Source: a bacterium (lineage in GTDB: Bacteria > Bacillota_I > Bacilli_A > RFN20 > CAG-826). From it: DNA of 64,000 nt. Numbering within the stretch: position 1 is the first letter of the stretch; the number at the start of each line of letters is the position of its first letter. Under the pieces are notes generated by a model, which was given only the letters and a program-made list of their open reading frames with translations, was not told where the DNA came from and did not search any database. Below, piece after piece: positions 45,583 through 54,626 of the stretch. Location: NCBI GenBank assembly GCA_963651445.1, contig CAVJPU010000007.1, forward strand, positions 33 to 64,032, in the 5' to 3' direction. Made by a program: the position numbers and the translations under genes.

Positions 45583-48044
45583 GCGATTCCTTTCTCCTTC
45601 TTTTCTTCTTCGATCAAGGTGTTGGATTCTTCCTCGCTATCGCTGGTCAAACGGAGGAAGGTCTCTTCGAGATTCTCTCTTTCTTCTGGCTCAGCGTCCA
45701 AATCGATGCGTCTGATGAGGTCGCCTTTCTTGATGATGACGACTTCATCGCAGAGGTTTTTGACGACGTCAATGATGTGAGAGGAGAAGAAGACGATGTT
45801 GCCTTCTTTGGCATGCTCTCTCATGCATTCCTTGATTTGGTAGATGGAATTTGGGTCCAAACCGGTCATAGGTTCGTCCAAAATCCAAATCTTTGGCTTA
45901 TGGATAAGAGCGGCGATGATGGTAATTTTTTGCTTCATGCCATGACTATAAGACTTCATTGGCTTATCGTAACGATCACTCAATTCCAAACGAGTGACGA
46001 GGTTTTTCTCGATTTCTTCTTTCTGTTCCTTGGAGACATGATAAAGGTCGGCAATGTAGCTGATGTATTGTCTGCCGGTAAGATTTTCGTATAAGGCGTA
46101 GTTATCAGGGACGAAGCCGATTTCTTTTTTGGCTTCCAATGGTTCTTCGATGACGTTATGTCCGCAGACATCGATTTCACCACCTTCGAAACCATGGATA
46201 CCGACAATGGACTTGATGATGGTGGACTTACCCGCACCGTTCTTGCCAAGGAAGCCGTAGATCTTCCCGCCCTCTAAATCCAGAGAGAAATCTTTGACGG
46301 TAAAGAAATCGTTCCCGTGGTAACGCTTGGAAAGATGAGAGATGGTTAATTCGATCTTATCGCTCATGATTTTTCCTCCTTGGTGAATGGCTAAGTAAGC
46401 CTGATGACGGCTGATGGATTTTTCTTTGGCTAGACGGATGGCCGCTAATTCGTCGACCACTCTAAATAACAATTCGTATAAGAACCACATTCCGAAGGCC
46501 AAGACGACGTAAACGAGGTAATAAGATATGTCATAGGCCAAATGCAATACGTAGGTATATCCGTTGCTTTCCCAAGTAATCGTGGTCTTGAACAAGTTCT
46601 TGGCCCATTCGCCTAACTTATCGGCGACGAACGAGGAATTGATGAAGAAGAAGTCGCTGGAAATGCCATGGGCGGTAAGAATGGTGTTGACCGCCATAAC
46701 GAAGGCGAAATACACGAAGAACCCTATTTGGGAATAGAGGAAGTAACGCATCTTCGGTCGCTTATAAACGCCGCACATGACGATCAGAACCGGCATGAAG
46801 AAAGCATTTAAATGGTTGATGAAGAAAGCCACGATCTTCGGATCGAAAACATATAAAGATTCCGAGAAATTCGGCATCAATAAGGCTAAGAAAGCGCCTA
46901 ATACATTAACGAAGAAGGTGAAGTAATAAAGACCATAGCTAGCGAATAACAGAGTTATTGGCATGGTATACATGGCGGTGTTGCAAAGGTGCAACGGCCA
47001 AGATGATAAGTCCGTCCAGATATCATAACGGTGTATGGAGGCATAACCAATCAAAGTGCCTAAAGATATCTGAAGTAAGACGCCTCTTCTTTCCTCTTTG
47101 CTCATCGGATATAGCAAAGCGAAATACAAAATCGGCAAGATAAAGGCCAAATAGAGATAGATACGATGGGATAAGTTCTTCGGTCCCTTCGGATTGGTTA
47201 AGGTGTAGCCACCTAAATCAAGAGTCCTTCCAAAAAGAAGGGATGGGGAATAAGCGGTCGCCATCGTAAGCAACATCGGAATCAAAACGGCGATGATCTT
47301 CCTAATTTCTTTCTTGTTCAGTTTGAACTTTCCTTCCTCGAAAAGGCTATGGAAGTAATAGAAATCGATGATAGCCAATTCCAAGCCCATAAGGATGGAA
47401 CGATAGGAAACCGCATCGGTTCCTACTATTCCTTTAAGGACGATTGGAAAGGCTAGGGTAATTAAGATAGAGCCTGGCACGCCGATATAACGACGGACGC
47501 TTAAAGAGGATTCTTCCAAGTAGAAGGCGCTGACCAAAGTCAATACGACCAACGCAGTCCATAAATCAGAAGCCAAGGTGCCGATAACCGACTCGTATTT
47601 GGCTAGCATCAATGGGTCCAAACGAAGCATCAATAACTGGCTTTCGAGATGGAAGATGTCGTAATAAGTGAAAGAACCCGTTCCGCCATAGGCATCGACA
47701 TAGTCATAAGTGCCTCGGAAGAAATAGAAACGGGCGAAGAATAAGATTCCAACGATAATGGAAAGAGAGCAAAGAAGGTATTTGTAACGACCTTCCTTGG
47801 TCGCCAATCTGGCGCTCATTTTGGTAAGCCATTTGGATTTCTTAAAGGACTTCGCTTTATGGTCTTTGAGGTAGCGTTTAAGCAAGATAAAGCCACCAAT
47901 CAAGACCAATAAGAGCAAAATGAACGGCAGGAAATTAAGAGCGTAGTTGCTCTTGTTAATGAAAGATAAGCCAAATGAGAGGCCTATAACGACGAAAAGG
48001 CCCACAAAAAGGCAAATGTTCTTTTTTAGGGCCTTACTCGTCAT
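45579..48044 (-). CDS. fusion ORF: ~559-aa polytopic membrane domain (TIGR02206/YwaF/TMEM164-like segment with WPLHLC motif) + C-terminal ABC ATPase
   Basis: One continuous 821-aa ORF. ATPase part: GKNGAGKST, YSHGMKQK, IWILDEP. An internal AAGGAGG-N7-ATG (ATG 46367) sits exactly at the domain border. Confidence 0.78.
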   Translation of the reverse strand: MTSKALKKNICLFVGLFVVIGLSFGLSFINKSNYALNFLPFILLLLVLIGGFILLKRYLKDHKAKSFKKSKWLTKMSARLATKEGRYKYLLCSLSIIVGILFFARFYFFRGTYDYVDAYGGTGSFTYYDIFHLESQLLMLRLDPLMLAKYESVIGTLASDLWTALVVLTLVSAFYLEESSLSVRRYIGVPGSILITLAFPIVLKGIVGTDAVSYRSILMGLELAIIDFYYFHSLFEEGKFKLNKKEIRKIIAVLIPMLLTMATAYSPSLLFGRTLDLGGYTLTNPKGPKNLSHRIYLYLAFILPILYFALLYPMSKEERRGVLLQISLGTLIGYASIHRYDIWTDLSSWPLHLCNTAMYTMPITLLFASYGLYYFTFFVNVLGAFLALLMPNFSESLYVFDPKIVAFFINHLNAFFMPVLIVMCGVYKRPKMRYFLYSQIGFFVYFAFVMAVNTILTAHGISSDFFFINSSFVADKLGEWAKNLFKTTITWESNGYTYVLHLAYDISYYLVYVVLAFGMWFLYELLFRVVDELAAIRLAKEKSISRHQAYLAIHQGGKIMSDKIELTISHLSKRYHGNDFFTVKDFSLDLEGGKIYGFLGKNGAGKSTIIKSIVGIHGFEGGEIDVCGHNVIEEPLEAKKEIGFVPDNYALYENLTGRQYISYIADLYHVSKEQKEEIEKNLVTRLELSDRYDKPMKSYSHGMKQKITIIAALIHKPKIWILDEPMTGLDPNSIYQIKECMREHAKEGNIVFFSSHIIDVVKNLCDEVVIIKKGDLIRRIDLDAEPEERENLEETFLRLTSDSEEESNTLIEEEKKEKGIA

Positions 48045-48050
48045 AAATTA

Positions 48051-50480
48051 TTAAATAGCGTGATAGTCGCCTAAGATAACGCCGTAGTTGCTAGGACCGT
48101 TATAGGCGGTTGGGGTGGTTAACTGAGAAGCGGAGTAAACGTTGGTTCCGTTGATGGTAGCGGCCAAGAATCCGGCGCTCTTCATGATTTCACCTGGCTG
48201 ATAGCTGCTTGGAACGGTGACAGGAATGCTTAAGGCAGCCATGCCAGCTTTGATGGCGTAGTCGCTAGAGCAAAGGTAGTATTGCTGGGTGCTCTGATCG
48301 ACATTAACGATGCCAAATTCGTGTTTGCCTTCGCTATTGGTAGCGGCAAAGACCAGTTCGTTTTCGATGTTGGCATAGGCTAAGTTGTTGCCATAGAAGC
48401 TGCCGGATACGGCTTCGGCATAGGCATTGTAGGCGGTAGACAATTCTGCAGCCGAGGCAGCAGCCTGAGTGGCAGTCGCGAGAGCGGCGTAAGCGGTCAT
48501 AACCTCTTGGTAGCCATCGAGGTTGCTATAGATGATGTTGTTGCCTTTCTTGACGGTGACGTTGGTGCAACCTTCATCCAAAGACGGGAGCTGCAAGGCC
48601 TCATCTCCAGAAACAGGAAGGTTGACCAAGATAAGATTGAATTTCTTAACATCGTTCTTGGTTCTTAAAAAGGACATGCCGTAAGGGGTGAAAAGCCCGT
48701 CCATGGATTGCAAATTGCTGGCCATGGCGCTGGCGCTATAAGCGTCGAACCAACCACCCTTACCAGCGGTGAAGTTGGAAAGGAAGGTGTTTTCATCGAT
48801 ATTGACTTCAGTGGAGAAGGTCGGGGTGAAGCTTAAAGCGGAAACAACATCATCCGGCAACGGTTCAACCAGAGGATTGGTGAAAATCAATGGTCCACCG
48901 GCCTTGGTAATGTCGGAGTTCTTGATATCGCCTCTGGACTGGCCGAAGAAATAGAGGGCGGCGTTAGCAGAGTCGTTGAAACGGCAAGAGTCGATGTCAA
49001 GCTTCGGGCTGGTGTATTTGCCATCGATATACCTGCCGATTTTCTTAACGCCTCCTTCGGTGTAGGAAAAAGGGCCATCGGCCATGGCGGCCATATAGAA
49101 GCTGTTGACCAAGACGTTGTCGAGTTTGGCGTCGACGGCGGTTTTTAAGAACATCGGTCCCGCTCTTCTGGTGGTGGTAGAAGTGTCATCGACACCATTG
49201 TTTCCGGAAGCCTGGAGATCTTTAAAGATAATCTGGCAATCGAACGGATTCTGGTTGGCGCCGTAATAGCCATAAAACAAGGAAGCGTGGCAAGAGATTG
49301 GCTCGGATTCGCTCTGAGCGTGGCCTTGATCGTTCTCAGTCAAGACGTACGGGAACATATTCTCGTCATCTTCGTTGGTGTTGAAGGAAATCGTATGGAG
49401 GTTGCCATAAACAGTGGCGGTTTCGGCAGCGTCATCGAATTGATGGATGAAAATACGGACGGAATCCTTAAGGCTGCCTACGACACTTGCGTCACAGCCT
49501 TCGCTTTCCTGCCAGATGAAGACGGATGGGATATCGTTCTTGCCGATGGAGATATCGTTCTGAATAACGATGTTATCGGCATCTGGCAAGTTAAGTTCTT
49601 GTTTGAATTCATATACCGGGGTGAAGAAAGAGGCATCATCGGTATTGTTGTTGTAGAAAGCGAACAAATCGGTCGCTTTGCTGACGTTATACGCGTCGAC
49701 GACTTCGACGTTATAAACGATGTCTTTCTGGCCCGAATAGCTGAGGGTGATGGTGAAGGAACCAGTGACGTCGTCCTTGAACTTCAATTGGCCATCTTTA
49801 AGGAAAGAAGAGGCATTTTCGATATAGGAATCAACGACGAGGTCCATGCCTTCGGAGGCTAATTTCATCGTGGCGCCAGTTGGAATGGTGGTAAGCTCGG
49901 TAACCTCATAGGTTTCTTTGTTGAGACCATTCAATTCCGGAAGCAAATTGATGACGTTCATATTGCCGACATAGAAGGTAGCGGACTTCATGAAACCTTT
50001 TTCCAAGTTATCTTCATCAGAAGAAATCTTGTTGTTGACCTGATATCCGGTCGTGTAGGTGTAATTCGGGTTAGCGGCCCAAGAGGAAAGGGTATAGGCA
50101 TCGACGACGTTGTAATTCAAGGTGTCGGTGAATTCCTTGTTGCCATCGTTATAGGTGACGGTAAAGACTTTTCCGGTCGCTAACTCGGAAGTATCAATCT
50201 CGGTGTAGGTGATGCTGTCCTTGTTCTCAATCCATTTGAGGGTCTTCATCTTGTTGTTGTTCTCATCGAAAAGATCAATCGCCAAATTGTTGTAGTTTGG
50301 GGTGGATTTCTGAGAGAAGCTGGTCTTGATGGAACCAGAAACGATTTTAATCGAAGTCAATGTTGGCTGGACGCTGGAAGAATCATCGCTGCTAGAGCTA
50401 TTGTCTGGTCCGCAAGAGGCCAAGCAGGTAGAGGCGATGGCGCCTAGTGCCAATATGGTAATTTTGGTCAGTTTTTTCAT
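48051..50480 (-). CDS. large surface lipoprotein, unknown function
   Basis: Start ATG 50480 after GAGGAG (MKKLTKITILALGAIASTCLASCGP), lipobox LASC, Ser-rich linker, then ~780 aa that look beta-rich. Confidence 0.75.
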   Translation of the reverse strand: MKKLTKITILALGAIASTCLASCGPDNSSSSDDSSSVQPTLTSIKIVSGSIKTSFSQKSTPNYNNLAIDLFDENNNKMKTLKWIENKDSITYTEIDTSELATGKVFTVTYNDGNKEFTDTLNYNVVDAYTLSSWAANPNYTYTTGYQVNNKISSDEDNLEKGFMKSATFYVGNMNVINLLPELNGLNKETYEVTELTTIPTGATMKLASEGMDLVVDSYIENASSFLKDGQLKFKDDVTGSFTITLSYSGQKDIVYNVEVVDAYNVSKATDLFAFYNNNTDDASFFTPVYEFKQELNLPDADNIVIQNDISIGKNDIPSVFIWQESEGCDASVVGSLKDSVRIFIHQFDDAAETATVYGNLHTISFNTNEDDENMFPYVLTENDQGHAQSESEPISCHASLFYGYYGANQNPFDCQIIFKDLQASGNNGVDDTSTTTRRAGPMFLKTAVDAKLDNVLVNSFYMAAMADGPFSYTEGGVKKIGRYIDGKYTSPKLDIDSCRFNDSANAALYFFGQSRGDIKNSDITKAGGPLIFTNPLVEPLPDDVVSALSFTPTFSTEVNIDENTFLSNFTAGKGGWFDAYSASAMASNLQSMDGLFTPYGMSFLRTKNDVKKFNLILVNLPVSGDEALQLPSLDEGCTNVTVKKGNNIIYSNLDGYQEVMTAYAALATATQAAASAAELSTAYNAYAEAVSGSFYGNNLAYANIENELVFAATNSEGKHEFGIVNVDQSTQQYYLCSSDYAIKAGMAALSIPVTVPSSYQPGEIMKSAGFLAATINGTNVYSASQLTTPTAYNGPSNYGVILGDYHAI

Positions 50481-50644
50481 AAAAGTACTCCTCGTCTCCA
50501 AAAATTGGAGGATACCCAATCAAATATGTTACCACATTAAGCGTTTAATAAACCCTATATTTTCTCTTTAGGAGAAATAGTGAATGACAATTCTCTTAAA
50601 AAGCGTCGACAAACACATTGTTTAGGCTTTTCTCTATGAAAAGG

Positions 50645-50676
50645 CGAAAAGAAAAGAGGAGTTCCAGTTCTCCTCT
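50645..50676 (-). terminator. terminator after the feo operon
   Basis: agaggag-N8-ctcctct, followed by a T-rich run on the minus strand. Confidence 0.6.
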
Positions 50677-50684
50677 AATCTTAA

Positions 50685-51089
50685 CTATTTAAGCCTAACC
50701 GATAGGACGGTGTAGCCCAGAGACGTTATCGCTGATCTTATTTTGGAGGGGTTTAGTAACGTCTTGGAGACAATCGTCGTGGTCTGGCTCTTTCTCGAAG
50801 ATTTGACTTTGACGCCTTCGAATTCCTTCCTGATGATGTCATTGATATGGCTCTCGCACATACCGCACTTCATCCCTTGGACGGAGACGATGTAAGTCAA
50901 AGTGCCTTTTTTGCCTTTGCTATCTTTTTTAGGTAGAGAACAAGAGGCACAGTTGCCAGTGCATTCGCTTTGAAGGTGACCGCACTCGCATTTCAAGGTG
51001 CCTTTTCTCTTTTTGACGAAGTAACCGACTATCGGCACCACCACCAAGAAGATAGCGACGACGATAATCAGATATTCATACCATTCCAT
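50685..51089 (-). CDS. FeoB-associated Cys-rich membrane protein fused to a heavy-metal-associated (HMA) domain
   Basis: N-terminal TM helix plus Cys cluster (CECGHLQSECTGNCASC). The C-terminal ~70 aa carry GMKCGMCESHI (MxCxxC) and a ferredoxin-like pattern. Confidence 0.72.
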   Translation of the reverse strand: MEWYEYLIIVVAIFLVVVPIVGYFVKKRKGTLKCECGHLQSECTGNCASCSLPKKDSKGKKGTLTYIVSVQGMKCGMCESHINDIIRKEFEGVKVKSSRKSQTTTIVSKTLLNPSKIRSAITSLGYTVLSVRLK

Positions 51090-51091
51090 TA

Positions 51092-53413
51092 TTAAGCAGC
51101 GGTTTTCTGAGCGGCTTTCTTATTGCCTTTGACCACCAAGATAGCCGCGGTGACAACACCACCGATTAAAGCCAAAGTGACGAGCAATCCGCCCCACCAA
51201 GCAATCTCGTATAAGGTTCCAACCCAATAGACCAAGGCGGAAGCGATGTAAGAGACGCTGAACCAGAAGAGCAAGGTCTTGAAGAATTCTTTCCTGGTCT
51301 GCTCTGCACGAGCGGTCGAGATGGCTGCCATGCAAGGGAAGGTAAGAAGGTTGAAGATAGCGAAGGAGTAAACGCCCGAAGCGGATAAGCTGGTCAAGGC
51401 TCCAGCGAGGGAATCTTCATTGCCACCGTTGAATAAGACCGCCATGGTGCCAACAACGTCTTCCTTGGCAACAAGGCCGGTGACCGAAGCGGCGGCGTAT
51501 TTCCAACCATCGGCGTTGATGGCCCAGCCACATGGATAGAAGATGTACTTTAAGCCCATACCGATATAGCCAATCAAGGAGTGGTCGATATCCTCGACCA
51601 TACAGAACTTGTTGTTTTCGACGCCGAAGGTCTTAAGGAACCAAATGACAATCAAAGAAGCGGTTAAGATGGTCGCAGCTTTGATGACATAGTGTTTTAG
51701 TTTCTCCCAAAGGTGAGCGGCAACGTTTCTCGCTTGCGGCAAATGGTATTGCGGCAATTCCATGATGAATGGGGAAACGTACTTTTCTTTGGAGAAGACA
51801 CGCATGAAGATGGCAAGGATAATCGCTAAAGCGATACCGCCGATATAAATGGTGAATACAAAGACATCGCCATAGCCATATCCGCAGGCATTGGCAACGC
51901 CGGCCAATAAGGCCCAGATAGGAGCTTTCGCGCCGCAAGAGAAACAGGTCATCAAACGGATGGTTCTGTTCTTTTCGACGTCGTTTTCAATCGTGCGGGT
52001 GGCCATGATGCCCGGAACCGAGCAGCCAAAGCCAGTAAGCATTGGGATGAAGGCCTTGCCGGAAAGGCCGAACTTTCTGAAGGCTCTATCCAAAATGAAG
52101 GCGATACGAGCCATATAGCCAGTATCTTCCATGATGGCGATGAAGAAGAATAAGAGCATAATCTGCGGGATAAAGGAGCAAACCGCATCCAAGCCATTCA
52201 AGATACCATCGCAGATAAGGGAACCATACCAAGTGGAGCTGGCAGCGGCCGCGGCGACATCGCCGAAGTCCTTGCAGCCATTGCATAACCACTGGAATCC
52301 AGCGGTAATCTGACCGGTAACGTATCCCATCCAGCTTTGCAGCCAGACGCCTAACGAAGGAATGCCTTCCATCGCTTCGCCTTCATAGCCCATGCCGGTG
52401 AAGAAGTTGATGGCAGTCTCGTTGGTGATGGTAAGTCCCATCTTGCCCATAAAGAATAAGTCTTCAGAGAAGGTGAAGTGGAACAAGAAAAACATGATGA
52501 CGATGAAGATTGGGAGACCCCAGATCCTATGGGTCAAAACCTTATCGATGCGGTCGGACTTGGTGCCGACTTTGACTTTTTTCTTTCTCTTTTTGCCGTT
52601 TTCGTCTTCGATGACTTCTGGCTCTGGCTCAGCTTCTTTCTTAACGACGACTTTGCCGAATTCTTTGGCAATGAACTTATAACGAGCATCGGCGATCAGG
52701 GCTTCGAAGTCATCTCCGAAGGTATCGTCGTTGAAAGTCTCTTTGAATTTTTCGACCATCGGCATGAGATCGCCGTGGTTTTGGGTTTCGATTTCATCGG
52801 CTTCGACTAACTTAACGGCGTGGAATAATGGATTCTCTACGCCTTTCCCTTCGAAAGCGATGGTTACGTCTCTGACCAAATGCATGAGGTCTTGGTTCTC
52901 AAGCATGGTCTTTCCTTCTCTCTTGGCCTTGCTGGCTTCGAGAGTGGCTTTCATAAGTTCTTCAAGACCTTCGCCTCTTAAAGCGGATATCTCAACTACT
53001 GGGACGCCTAATTTCCTGGATAAGACTTCAGGATTGATCTTGCTACCGTCTTTCCTAAGAAGGTCACACATATTAAGGGCAATGATGATAGGGACATCGA
53101 TTTCCATCAACTGCGTGGTCAAATAAAGGTTTCTTTCGATGTTGGTGGCGTCAACAACGTTGATGACCGCATCCGGTTTCTCATCGAGGATATAGTTTCT
53201 GGAAACGATTTCCTCTGGGGTATATGGCGAAAGGGAATAAATACCCGGAAGGTCCACGATTTCGAGTGGTTCTTCTAATTTTTTGTAAGATCCGGTTTTC
53301 TTATCGACCGTGACGCCCGGCCAGTTACCTACGTGTGCCGTGGATCCGGTCAAGATATTGAATAAGGTCGTCTTACCACAGTTTGGGTTGCCTGCCAAAG
53401 CGATGTGTTTCAT
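51092..53413 (-). CDS. feoB: ferrous iron transporter FeoB
   Basis: N-terminal G-domain GNPNCGKTT...DLPG...NMCD, followed by a polytopic permease domain. 773 aa. Confidence 0.95.
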   Translation of the reverse strand: MKHIALAGNPNCGKTTLFNILTGSTAHVGNWPGVTVDKKTGSYKKLEEPLEIVDLPGIYSLSPYTPEEIVSRNYILDEKPDAVINVVDATNIERNLYLTTQLMEIDVPIIIALNMCDLLRKDGSKINPEVLSRKLGVPVVEISALRGEGLEELMKATLEASKAKREGKTMLENQDLMHLVRDVTIAFEGKGVENPLFHAVKLVEADEIETQNHGDLMPMVEKFKETFNDDTFGDDFEALIADARYKFIAKEFGKVVVKKEAEPEPEVIEDENGKKRKKKVKVGTKSDRIDKVLTHRIWGLPIFIVIMFFLFHFTFSEDLFFMGKMGLTITNETAINFFTGMGYEGEAMEGIPSLGVWLQSWMGYVTGQITAGFQWLCNGCKDFGDVAAAAASSTWYGSLICDGILNGLDAVCSFIPQIMLLFFFIAIMEDTGYMARIAFILDRAFRKFGLSGKAFIPMLTGFGCSVPGIMATRTIENDVEKNRTIRLMTCFSCGAKAPIWALLAGVANACGYGYGDVFVFTIYIGGIALAIILAIFMRVFSKEKYVSPFIMELPQYHLPQARNVAAHLWEKLKHYVIKAATILTASLIVIWFLKTFGVENNKFCMVEDIDHSLIGYIGMGLKYIFYPCGWAINADGWKYAAASVTGLVAKEDVVGTMAVLFNGGNEDSLAGALTSLSASGVYSFAIFNLLTFPCMAAISTARAEQTRKEFFKTLLFWFSVSYIASALVYWVGTLYEIAWWGGLLVTLALIGGVVTAAILVVKGNKKAAQKTAA

Positions 53414-53643
53414 TCTTTGACCTCCATGACGACCAAGCTGGCTTCGTCTTTTCTCAAGGACAATTCATATCCTCTGATGGTGATCTCAATTGGATCGCCT
53501 AGAGGGGCTTTTTTCTTCATCGAGACCTCGGCTCCTGGGGTGACGCCCATGTCGAAGAGTCTGCGGCGGAGGCGTCCTTCGCCTTCCACCTTAATGATTA
53601 GGCCAGTCTCGCCTATTTCGAATTCGTTTAGTTTTTTCTGCAT
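53410..53643 (-). CDS. feoA: FeoA family protein
   Basis: 77-aa SH3-like FeoA pattern (..RLFDMGVTPGAEV..GDPIEI..). Confidence 0.85.
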   Translation of the reverse strand: MQKKLNEFEIGETGLIIKVEGEGRLRRRLFDMGVTPGAEVSMKKKAPLGDPIEITIRGYELSLRKDEASLVVMEVKE

Positions 53644-53655
53644 AATTCCTACCTC

Positions 53656-53868
53656 CTATGCAACGAGGATTTTTCCGGCGATGCCTTTATCCAATGCCAA
53701 TCTCACACCTTTGACGACGATGATGAGATTGCCATTAACGTTATCGATGACTTTGATTTCCGAATCGATGGTGATGCCCAAAGATTGGAGATGCTTCTTT
53801 AATTTGTCATCAACAATGACTTTCTTGATTTTCAAATCAACGTTCATGGGGGCGATTATAAGTGGCAT
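53656..53868 (-). CDS. feoA: FeoA family protein (second copy)
   Basis: 70 aa (..HLQSLGITIDSEI..GNLIIVVKG..). RBS AAGGAGG. Confidence 0.78.
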   Translation of the reverse strand: MPLIIAPMNVDLKIKKVIVDDKLKKHLQSLGITIDSEIKVIDNVNGNLIIVVKGVRLALDKGIAGKILVA

Positions 53869-53883
53869 GCCGGTCCTCCTTGA

Positions 53884-53899
53884 GTTAGTGTCGGCTAAC
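53884..53899. promoter_or_regulatory. GTTAG-N6-CTAAC palindrome, feo site 1 (between promoter region and RBS)
   Basis: GTTAGTGTCGGCTAAC, read directly, 4 nt from the SD of feoA. Confidence 0.5.
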
Positions 53900-53986
53900 T
53901 CTCTTTCGAAAAAAATGCGTTAACTATGGCTTTGACGATGATCTTTGCCATCCTCATATTTTATATGGGATAGGTAACAATCATTA

Positions 53987-54002
53987 GTTAGTCATGGCTA
54001 AC
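53987..54002. promoter_or_regulatory. GTTAG-N6-CTAAC palindrome, feo site 2
   Basis: GTTAGTCATGGCTAAC, identical to site 1 at 13 of 16 positions. It lies downstream of a TTGTCA-16-TATAAA promoter-like sequence on the minus strand. Confidence 0.5.
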
Positions 54003-54131
54003 TGTGGATACTCTACGCTTATTTATATAAATTGCAACCTATTTGACAAAGAAAAGGCGCTCTGGACCAAATCTAAAGGTCTTAAGTGCCCTTTTATTTA
54101 CTCTTTGATTCTCAATCTACAACATGCGCTT

Positions 54132-54611
54132 TTATATAAAGGCCCACACCGAAATAAATGACGGATATATCCTAATCTCGATATCATCTTTGCCATAAGC
54201 GGGATAAAGGCCACAGTAATTGAGAAATTTATATCCTCTCGCTTTTAGCGCCGAATCGATCTTGCGATCGCTAGATTTCATACTTAAACCATATATTTTG
54301 ATGTTGGGATCCGTTATATAAATTGAGGTAACTATCCAATTATTGTTAACGTTTCTTAAGACATAATTCGCCCTTGTATTTGGTAATATCGGCTCATTGT
54401 CTTGGTTTTTTTCTAAGGTATATTTTGAATCTAAATATCTTATTTTTTCTTCCTGTTTTTCAACAATATTAGACGTTTTTAATGTCTCAATATCAATCGA
54501 CTCACAAATCCAGAAATCTAATTTATAGCTGGTTGGCCTGTCGGTTGCTTTTCCACAGCTTATCAGCAGTGACGCCCCCGCCAAGATTAAGATGGCTTTT
54601 CTTATTTTCAT
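54132..54611 (-). CDS. small lipoprotein, unknown function
   Basis: Lipobox LLISC, RBS GGAGG. It starts 15 nt after the stop of the upstream peptidase-like gene. Confidence 0.65.
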   Translation of the reverse strand: MKIRKAILILAGASLLISCGKATDRPTSYKLDFWICESIDIETLKTSNIVEKQEEKIRYLDSKYTLEKNQDNEPILPNTRANYVLRNVNNNWIVTSIYITDPNIKIYGLSMKSSDRKIDSALKARGYKFLNYCGLYPAYGKDDIEIRIYPSFISVWAFI

Positions 54612-54626
54612 TTCGGCATCCTCCTG

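Noticed and set aside
50488-50512. CTCCAA-TTT-TTGGAG palindrome sharing an 11-mer (TCTCCAAAAAT) with the fic-flanking element.
   Set aside because: It overlaps the SD region of the lipoprotein gene and lacks the rest of the 31-bp element. The short match is most simply a coincidence of SD-like GGAG with A/T runs.
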